Positions 26,088 to 32,792 of a DNA stretch of 46,824 nt are shown one piece after another. Origin of the DNA: an uncultured Gammaproteobacteria bacterium (lineage in GTDB: Bacteria > Patescibacteriota > Patescibacteriia > Patescibacteriales > GWE2-39-37); the NCBI GenBank assembly GCA_964443495.1, contig CAYUCS010000001.1:535496-582319 (forward strand). Reading direction: 5' to 3'. A program made the translations under genes and the position numbers. Numbering within the stretch: the first letter of the stretch is position 1; each line of letters opens with the position of its first letter. The notes under the pieces were generated by a model. The model was not told the DNA's origin, searched no databases, and worked only from the letters and a program-made list of their open reading frames with translations.

Positions 26088-27614
26088 TTAGAGAAGTATC
26101 AGTAAGGCTATCAGGCTCATGAAGCCGACGGTGCTGGCGATCAAGCGCGGGTGCTGCTTGTTGAAGGCGACAAAGATATTGAAGGTCAGTGCGACCATGG
26201 CCAGGAGCAAGAGCACGAGGTAATAAGATGACGTGAAGGAGAAAATCGAGGAAGTGACGCCCGGCTGGTGATTCTTGGCGTATTGGTACTGCTTGACGTA
26301 AGTGGTGGCGGTCGGCTTCAGATTGCTGGCGTTGATATCGGTATTGGTCTTATTGCCATCCTTGTCCCAGACCGTGAGCACGGCGGGTACGACCGCGTCA
26401 GCTGGGTTCGGCTTTTCGGTATAGATCAGCTGATTGGTGCCCCAGAGGCCGGAGTTGGGATTGATCAACTCAAGGTCGATGATGCGGCCGTTGACCGTGA
26501 TCTGAGCCTTGGTCGTTTCTTTTGGCACGAAGGCTTCGCTTTGGATCAGCAATTTGCCGGTCTGCGGCTGATTGATGAATAAGCTGACTTTCGGCTGGCC
26601 GTCGGCGGTAAGCTGCGGCTCTGCCGGCACGGCCGGCGTCGGAGCGATTTCAGTCTCTTTGACTCCGAGAACCTGCTCGGTCGGTTCGATATTGGCAATG
26701 ACAGGATTCAATTTTTGAGGATTAGCGGCGGCGGCCACGACCTTGCCCATCAGCTTCTTGGTTCTTATGGCAGGAGAATCGTTTTTGGCGATGACGCTCG
26801 GATCCGGTTTGGCGAAGAACTGGGCGACAAAGGTGGTGTCGGTGCCGTCATAGGCGCCGGCTACGCTCGAAACGCCGATTTCTTGGAATTCAGGATCGAC
26901 CAGGTTGGCGTAATGGGTCGGGCTTTGGCGCCAGCCCAGCATGACGTCGGCAGCGCTGGTGAAGCCCATGGCCAAGTTCTCGCCGGCGACGGCGTAAGGA
27001 TATTCAGCCATGGCGAGCCAATTGGAGAGGCCGACTTTTTCCGGGCTGATATGGGCAAAATACTGCTTGATGAGCATGTCCTGGGCCTTAAGGTAAGACG
27101 CCTGGCTTAGTCGTTGGCTGACCTTGAGCTCGTTCAGGTTGGCCTCGCGGCGGATTTGGTTGGTGAATTTGATGATCTGCTGGTTCTGGGCAGTCAGCTC
27201 TTCCGGAGCTAGCCAAGCTTCGACTGGGAAGCTGACCAGGATCAGGAGGGTGACGATCTTGATGACTACGGCCGAAGTGGCGTGGAAAGCCAAGCGCTGC
27301 GGATGCAGAGCGTGCGGATGGTAGCCGTTGCCCTCGTGCGGAATGAATAAGTCTTTTATCTTACCGGTCTTGGCATGAGGCTTGCCGACGGTAGCGTGCA
27401 GCTTCGAAGCTGGCGCTTTTTCGGCTGGAGCCTTGAGGTTGGCCAATGACAAAGCAGTCGGCACTGATGGTGCGACGGGAGCTTTGATGACCGGTTCGGT
27501 TGCGGTGAGATCTGCGAAGATGTCTTGCTTGGCGCTCGGCTCTTTGGTGAAAGTATCGAGCTTATTTTTTTCCAGCAAGAATTCCGCGAATGATAGAAAT
27601 TCTTTTTGTGACAT
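26088..27614 (-). CDS. Membrane-anchored CAP/SCP-domain protein
   Basis: FIPHEGNGYHPHALH then a TM helix. CAP motifs TNQIRREANL, KAQDM..KQYFAH, AGENLA, GWRQSPTHYANL...FQEIGV. Two C-terminal TMs. Confidence 0.88.
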   Translation of the reverse strand: MSQKEFLSFAEFLLEKNKLDTFTKEPSAKQDIFADLTATEPVIKAPVAPSVPTALSLANLKAPAEKAPASKLHATVGKPHAKTGKIKDLFIPHEGNGYHPHALHPQRLAFHATSAVVIKIVTLLILVSFPVEAWLAPEELTAQNQQIIKFTNQIRREANLNELKVSQRLSQASYLKAQDMLIKQYFAHISPEKVGLSNWLAMAEYPYAVAGENLAMGFTSAADVMLGWRQSPTHYANLVDPEFQEIGVSSVAGAYDGTDTTFVAQFFAKPDPSVIAKNDSPAIRTKKLMGKVVAAAANPQKLNPVIANIEPTEQVLGVKETEIAPTPAVPAEPQLTADGQPKVSLFINQPQTGKLLIQSEAFVPKETTKAQITVNGRIIDLELINPNSGLWGTNQLIYTEKPNPADAVVPAVLTVWDKDGNKTNTDINASNLKPTATTYVKQYQYAKNHQPGVTSSIFSFTSSYYLVLLLLAMVALTFNIFVAFNKQHPRLIASTVGFMSLIALLILL

Positions 27615-27753
27615 GTTGATATTATAGCAACTTTCGGCAAACCAGGCAAAGTCCGATAAACAAAAGGTTTGAAGCCGCTAATCGGCGAGGTTTTTCGTTG
27701 AAAAACAAGGGGTGTTGATATCTTATACTAAAAAATTTGTCGGAGGGTAATAA

Positions 27754-27834
27754 TTTTCCAGCTTATGGAATTGATTTTTCCTGCTTAGGACGAGTACGTA
27801 TGCGCGATAAAAATAAATTCCATAAGCTGGAAAA
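27754..27834. repeat. Intergenic hairpin element copy B
   Basis: 26-bp inverted repeat (1 mismatch) TTTTCCAGCTTATGGAATTGATTTTT around core CCTGCTTAGGACGAGTACGTATGCGCGAT. Confidence 0.9.
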
Positions 27835-27845
27835 AGCACCTTTCC

Positions 27846-28976
27846 TTACAAAGCACCCGATGCGATATCTTGGCGCACGCGTTCCATTAAGCGGATATAG
27901 AACTCGACGTTGTTCAAGGTGGCTAGGCGCAGGCCGAGGGGTTCGTTGATCTTGTATAGATAATTCAAGTAGCCGAGGGTGTACTTGCGCAGCGCCGGGA
28001 TTTTCGAGTCCGGGTTGATGGGGCGTTTGTCGCTGGCGAATTTGCTGTTGGTGATATTGATAGTGTCGTAGAAATTCTTACTTGAAAGGCTCTTGCCCTT
28101 GGCGAACTGGAAGAGGCGGCCGTGGCGGCCTTCGCGCGTTGGGATGACGCAGTCAAACATGTCTATTCCCTGCTTGACGGCGTGGACGATCTGCTCCGGG
28201 TAGCCGACACCCATGAGGTAACGCGGCTTGTCGGCCGGCAAGAGCGGCGTCAGCTCGGATAGCATGGCGTCCATCTGCTCACTGGTCTCGCCAACGGCCA
28301 GGCCGCCGATGTTGTAGCCGTCGAAGTCGAGCGCAGCCAGTTCGGCCAAGCTCTGCTTGCGCAAGTCGATATCGAGGCCGCCTTGGATGACGGCGTGGAC
28401 TAGCGGCTTATTCTTGATTTTCTTCAATTCCTTCTTGGTGCGCTCGGCCCACTTGGTAGTGATTTCGACCGAGCGCTTAAGCTTCTTCTCGTCGGCCGGC
28501 AAGGCGACGCATTGGTCGAGGCAGACGGCGATGTCCACGCCGAGTTCGGCCTGGATGCGCAAAGCGCGCTCCGGGGTCAGCAAGTGCTTAGAGCCGTCGA
28601 CGTAGGAACGGAACTCGACGCCGTTGTCGGTAATTTTGACTAATCCCTCTCCCGTGCGTTTCTTGGTGCCGGCCAAGGAAAAGACCTGGAAGCCGCCCGA
28701 GTCGGTCAGGATGCTGCCCTGCCAGTCGACGAAGGTGTGCAGCCCGCCCATCTTCTTGACGTGCGCCGAACCAGGTCGGAGCATCAAGTGGTAGGTGTTG
28801 GAGAGGATGATCTGCGAACCGAGCTGGCGGATTTCCTCGGTGGTGACGTGCTTCAACACGCCCTGCGTCGCCACCGGCATGAAAAACGGCGTATTTAAAA
28901 CGCCATGAGCGGTCTTGTATTTGCCCACGCGCGCTTTTGATTTTTTGGAAGTTTTAGCGACGGAGAATGGTTTCAT
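27846..28976 (-). CDS. tgt: tRNA-guanine transglycosylase
   Basis: TPFFMPVAT.G, ILSNTYHL..RPG, ILTDSGGFQVFSL, PRYLMGVGYP, GIDMFDCVIPTREGRHG. Confidence 0.97.
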   Translation of the reverse strand: MKPFSVAKTSKKSKARVGKYKTAHGVLNTPFFMPVATQGVLKHVTTEEIRQLGSQIILSNTYHLMLRPGSAHVKKMGGLHTFVDWQGSILTDSGGFQVFSLAGTKKRTGEGLVKITDNGVEFRSYVDGSKHLLTPERALRIQAELGVDIAVCLDQCVALPADEKKLKRSVEITTKWAERTKKELKKIKNKPLVHAVIQGGLDIDLRKQSLAELAALDFDGYNIGGLAVGETSEQMDAMLSELTPLLPADKPRYLMGVGYPEQIVHAVKQGIDMFDCVIPTREGRHGRLFQFAKGKSLSSKNFYDTINITNSKFASDKRPINPDSKIPALRKYTLGYLNYLYKINEPLGLRLATLNNVEFYIRLMERVRQDIASGAL

Positions 28977-28991
28977 GTTTGTTTATGGAAG

Positions 28992-29019
28992 TTGACAACC
29001 TGCGGGTATTTGTTAGTAT
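28992..29019 (+). promoter_or_regulatory. sigma70-type promoter of the pilin-like gene
   Basis: TTGACA (28992-28997), 16-bp spacer, TGt-TAGTAT. Confidence 0.5.
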
Positions 29020-29068
29020 TTGACGACACTGAAATCGTGTCAAATTTCTTTCGAAGGAGGAGGAAGCA

Positions 29069-29371
29069 ATGTTGAGGAAAAATAATGGTTTCACGCTCGT
29101 TGAACTTTTGATCTCCATGGTGTTCGTCGGAATAATCGTTGGATGGTTCCTGTGCTATCTCGTCTTGGGTAAGGGCAATTTCTGGTACACCGAAGAAGGT
29201 GTCCTGAAAGAGCTTCGGGTGACCAGGCCGAACGTGACAGAGATCGTCAAGACCCAACGGAATGTCTTTTCCAAGTCCGTGATAACGGTCAAAGAGGATG
29301 GGGCAATCCGCGACTTTTGCCTCGACAGCGACATCTTCTGGAATTACGAATTCTCTGACTGCTCAAAGTAA
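29069..29371 (+). CDS. Type IV pilin/pseudopilin-like protein with prepilin N-terminal motif
   Basis: MLRKNNG|FTLVELLISMVFVGIIVG is a class III signal peptide with Glu at +5. C-terminal Cys pair. SD AAGGAGGAGG at 29054-29063. Confidence 0.75.
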   Translation: MLRKNNGFTLVELLISMVFVGIIVGWFLCYLVLGKGNFWYTEEGVLKELRVTRPNVTEIVKTQRNVFSKSVITVKEDGAIRDFCLDSDIFWNYEFSDCSK

Positions 29372-29392
29372 GCCAGTCGGCGATTTTCGGCG

Positions 29393-29421
29393 CCCCGGGT
29401 GAAATATCCCGGGGTATTTTT
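29393..29421 (+). terminator. Intrinsic terminator after the pilin-like gene
   Basis: CCCCGGG-TGAAATAT-CCCGGGG followed by TATTTTT. Confidence 0.75.
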
Positions 29422-29656
29422 ATTTGCGGCTTTGCTTGAGCATTATGGCGCTTAGGATGAAAGCCGTCAAGAAGAAGAGCGCGCCGTAGAAGCATGGGGT
29501 AAAGACCGGATTGACCACCTGCCCTGCCGTGCAGGAAAACTGGCACGGCTTCTGGTTGAGGTAGTTGTATGTTTCCAATCCAAGATTAGTCCAAGCAAAA
29601 ATCGTGCCGAGCAGCAGGACGATGAATTGGGTGAAAACTAATTTTTTACTAGGCAT
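29420..29656 (-). CDS. Small two-TM membrane protein with three Cys in the loop region
   Basis: TM1, loop PCQFSC, then TPCFYGALFFL and TM2. Possibly DsbB/VKOR-like but unproven. Confidence 0.6.
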   Translation of the reverse strand: MPSKKLVFTQFIVLLLGTIFAWTNLGLETYNYLNQKPCQFSCTAGQVVNPVFTPCFYGALFFLTAFILSAIMLKQSRK

Positions 29657-29660
29657 AGAT

Positions 29661-30566
29661 TTAATTAAAAGGAAGTCTGATTTGTATTGCAGCGCTTCTG
29701 TGCTCCAAGACGTCTATTATCGCATATTCTGTTTTTATGGATCCATTATAAAGCGATTGCCTCATTTTTGCCCTTACTTTAAGTAAGTCATCCTTTGCAA
29801 AAACTGTTTCATTTTGTTGGACTTTTAGGTTGAATTCCTCATCAAGAATATCTGCATAAAAAGTTGCGTTTCCATCACTAAATCTCCACTTACCGTCTCT
29901 TTGAAAAGAAATATTAACAATCTGCAAGTTCATTTCAACTTCTTTTTCATCAATTACCTCTTCTTCAATTTCTGGCGCCTTGAAATATTCAATTTGTTCT
30001 TTTCTAATCTGTGTAGTTGCATTATTTTCTCCCTCGGATATAAATTCAATCTTTTCAACCCCTTCGTTATTTAAGGGCTTAACGATAGCTTCTATTTTTT
30101 TTCTTATGCACAGTGAACTGAACAGCGTTATTTCTTTTTCATTAGTGTATCTTATTTCACCATCCTCCGCTTCAATTTTGAAATCACTTCCTTCAATTCT
30201 GCTGACAGACTTTATTTTTCTATTTCTAACCCAAGCAATTAGACCAATAAGTCCACCACCACCTCCTAAGCCTAGCATGACTAAAAGCTCCTTTGCGTTA
30301 ACTATGGCAGTTGCAGTGTCGGAACTGAAAAGTGTTCGTGCTACTTCGATGGCGTTTTGAATAACGGATAAATCAATATTGAGGGACCCTGGATGGGTCG
30401 CTTTTATGTTTACTACTACTTTTACCTTTTCGCCATTAATTATTTTATTTGTTTCTTCAAGAAGTTCTCCTAATGAAAGAAGTGCTGGCGCCAAATCTTT
30501 GACATCCATTTCATTATTACTGAGCGCCGGACCATCATAAGAAATTTTAAAATTTTCTCTGCTCAT
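29661..30566 (-). CDS. AT-rich, probably horizontally acquired uncharacterised protein
   Basis: 301-aa ORF, visibly AT-richer than its neighbours. N-terminus YDGPALSNNEMDVKDLAPALL. Confidence 0.8.
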   Translation of the reverse strand: MSRENFKISYDGPALSNNEMDVKDLAPALLSLGELLEETNKIINGEKVKVVVNIKATHPGSLNIDLSVIQNAIEVARTLFSSDTATAIVNAKELLVMLGLGGGGGLIGLIAWVRNRKIKSVSRIEGSDFKIEAEDGEIRYTNEKEITLFSSLCIRKKIEAIVKPLNNEGVEKIEFISEGENNATTQIRKEQIEYFKAPEIEEEVIDEKEVEMNLQIVNISFQRDGKWRFSDGNATFYADILDEEFNLKVQQNETVFAKDDLLKVRAKMRQSLYNGSIKTEYAIIDVLEHRSAAIQIRLPFN

Positions 30567-30589
30567 AATTTCACTGTATAATTTGTATT

Positions 30590-32578
30590 TTATTGCACCC
30601 TCCCATCATCCGTCACCGCGTCGTCATCTTCGAGTTTGGTGGTTTTGGCTTTGGTGGTCTTGTTGATACGGGTCTGAGTTGTCGTGTCGATGGCTTCGAT
30701 GGTCGAGCCAGGCAGCAGCACCAGCATCTTGTTTTTGTCCTCATCGCTCGGGGCGATGGTGATGCTGAACTCGGCTTCGGCTTTGTAAACCGAGATCGGC
30801 AAGCGGCCGATCTGCCAGGTGATGTTCCCTGTCGCCTGGTCGTAGCTGACCGAGCCGACGTCGGAGCGGTTGCGTCCGTCCCATTTGACGTAAGGCGGCA
30901 GCTTGGTGGTGATCTTGAGGTCGTTCAATTCGTTCAGGTTGTTCGACAAGTGCCAATAGACGCGGTAACTCGTGGCTTCGCCGACTTTCGGCGGCAGCGG
31001 GCCGGAGCCGACTGCGATGTTGTCGTCGTTGAAGTAGCGTATCTCCTCTTTCAAGGAAAGATCCGAGTTGATCTTGTTGGTGATGGCGTTGCTGCGGTCG
31101 CTCGTCTCCTCGGTGGAGGTGGCGTCGGTCGAAGTCGAAGCGCCGATCTGGAAGCGGGCGTAGCTCTTGATCTGATAGTTCTTGGTCGGGTCGATTTCGC
31201 CGGCCGGCTTGACCTTGATCGAGAAGTCGATCGTGCCCTCGTTGCCCGGCGCCAAGTCGGCCAAGCCCGGGATCTGGGCGCTGCTCCAGGTGATGCGCTG
31301 GTTGCCGGCCTGGCCCTGGTTCTTGTCGGCGAGGCTCGACCAGTCGAGGAAGTCGCTCTCGAGCGAGGCCATGATGACCACCTCTTTCATATTGGCTTCG
31401 CCCTTGTTGGCGTAGGTGATGGTGTAGTTCATCGTCTGGCCGAAGTCCACGCCTTGGTCGTTCTGCGAGCCGTTGATGATGAGGTTCAGGTTCAGGTTCT
31501 TGGTGATGACGTTGAACGGCAGCGGTTTCTTCAGGAAGGTGATGTATTTCTGCCCGTCTGGCGAGTAGTCGAAGACCAAGTTGATTTCCTGCTTGTCGGT
31601 CGTCTTTTGTTTGAATTTGAATTTAATAGCTAAGCTCTTCTCTTCGACGGTGGTGCTGGCGATTTGCCAGGAGGTGGTAGAGGCCGAGCCGGTGGCGGCG
31701 CCGATGATCTCGATGTTGTCGGCTGGCTCGATGCTCAGCCGGTAATCGGACATGAAGGATTTTTCCTGCGCTTTGTATTTGACGGTGATGGCGTTGGTTT
31801 CGCCAACCAGGACGTTGGCCGGGTAATCGAAATTGAAGTCGAGGCCGAGGCCGGAGATTTTCGAGTTGAAGCTGGCCTCTTTGGAAAATTCCGAAGAGAA
31901 GTTGGCTGGCTGGTAGGACATGCTGGCCAGGAAGATGGCGCTCTGATCGACTTCGCCGACGATGCGGCCTTTGATGGTGATTTGGTCGGAGCGCTTGCTG
32001 CCGAGGAGGTCGAAGTGCCAGGTCGTGCCGGTGGCCGCTTGCGGCTGCATTTCGGTGACGATGAAGTTCTCGGGCAGCGTCGCCTTGATGTTGATATTCT
32101 TCATATCAACCTGGTCGAGATTCTTGTAGCTGATGACGTAGGTCTTCTCTTCGCCCAAAAGCGTCTCGGCGTCGCCCGTAATCGTGAGGCTGACCGAGCT
32201 GTTTTCCTGGACCTGCTTGGTCAGGTAGAAACGGTAGGCGCTCCAACCGGCGCCGCCGATCAGCGCCAAGGTCAGAAGCATGATGAAGCCGCGGTAGATG
32301 AGGCCGTGTCCTTTTTTCATAACCATTGTTTTAACGTCAACCATATTGCCGTCTTCGTCGTGGTAGATTTCTTCGAGGCCGGCATCGATCTGGCTCTGGC
32401 GGACTTCGTTCTGAACGAATTCCTCGAACTCTTCGGTCTCGGTGGTGTTCGGCAGGTTGCGTTCGACGAATTCGCTCACTGCCGACTGCTCGTTCTTAAG
32501 CACGACGTCTTTCTCCTCCGCGGCTGGAGGTGCGGGGGCTGGCGCGATGTTTTTGCCTGTCTTTTTTGGTTTTGGCAT
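30590..32578 (-). CDS. Membrane-anchored multi beta-sandwich (DUF11/Ig-like) surface protein
   Basis: Acidic N-terminus, single TM, repeated beta-rich domains (YVISYKNL, YTITYANKG, YRVYWHLSNN). Confidence 0.75.
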   Translation of the reverse strand: MPKPKKTGKNIAPAPAPPAAEEKDVVLKNEQSAVSEFVERNLPNTTETEEFEEFVQNEVRQSQIDAGLEEIYHDEDGNMVDVKTMVMKKGHGLIYRGFIMLLTLALIGGAGWSAYRFYLTKQVQENSSVSLTITGDAETLLGEEKTYVISYKNLDQVDMKNINIKATLPENFIVTEMQPQAATGTTWHFDLLGSKRSDQITIKGRIVGEVDQSAIFLASMSYQPANFSSEFSKEASFNSKISGLGLDFNFDYPANVLVGETNAITVKYKAQEKSFMSDYRLSIEPADNIEIIGAATGSASTTSWQIASTTVEEKSLAIKFKFKQKTTDKQEINLVFDYSPDGQKYITFLKKPLPFNVITKNLNLNLIINGSQNDQGVDFGQTMNYTITYANKGEANMKEVVIMASLESDFLDWSSLADKNQGQAGNQRITWSSAQIPGLADLAPGNEGTIDFSIKVKPAGEIDPTKNYQIKSYARFQIGASTSTDATSTEETSDRSNAITNKINSDLSLKEEIRYFNDDNIAVGSGPLPPKVGEATSYRVYWHLSNNLNELNDLKITTKLPPYVKWDGRNRSDVGSVSYDQATGNITWQIGRLPISVYKAEAEFSITIAPSDEDKNKMLVLLPGSTIEAIDTTTQTRINKTTKAKTTKLEDDDAVTDDGRVQ

Positions 32579-32626
32579 ATGGTATTTGAGATTTTTAATT
32601 GCGTATCAATTGTCAGCTTCAGTGCC

Positions 32627-32695
32627 GGCTTTTGGAAATATTTTTTACTGCTTAGGGCGTGTACGCATGCGCGATAAAAAACATTTCCAAAAGCC
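32627..32695. repeat. Intergenic hairpin element copy C
   Basis: 20-bp inverted repeat (1 mismatch) GGCTTTTGGAAATATTTTTT around variant core ACTGCTTAGGGCGTGTACGCATGCGCGAT. Confidence 0.9.
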
Positions 32696-32706
32696 TCGCG
32701 TGGATA

Positions 32707-32780
32707 TACATCTTTTGAGAGTTGATTTTCCTGCTTAGACGAGTACGTATGCGCGATAAAATCAACTCTCAAAAGATGTA
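32707..32780. repeat. Intergenic hairpin element copy D (tandem with C)
   Basis: 23-bp perfect inverted repeat TACATCTTTTGAGAGTTGATTTT around core CCTGCTTAGACGAGTACGTATGCGCGAT. Confidence 0.9.
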
Positions 32781-32792
32781 CTTCAAGTATTG

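Noticed and set aside
30593-32677. Long + strand ORFs of 346 and 337 aa (similar ones at 33387-34547, 24953-25669, 10547-11164, 5919-6458)
   Set aside because: They are antisense shadows of well-supported minus-strand genes. Strong codon bias suppresses stops in the mirror frame, and the translations have no recognisable motifs.
24407-32780. Hairpin elements as a CRISPR array or integron attC sites
   Set aside because: They are dispersed rather than regularly spaced, no cas genes are present, and they lack RYYYAAC/GTTRRRY ends. The only tyrosine recombinase here is Xer-like, without the IntI insertion.
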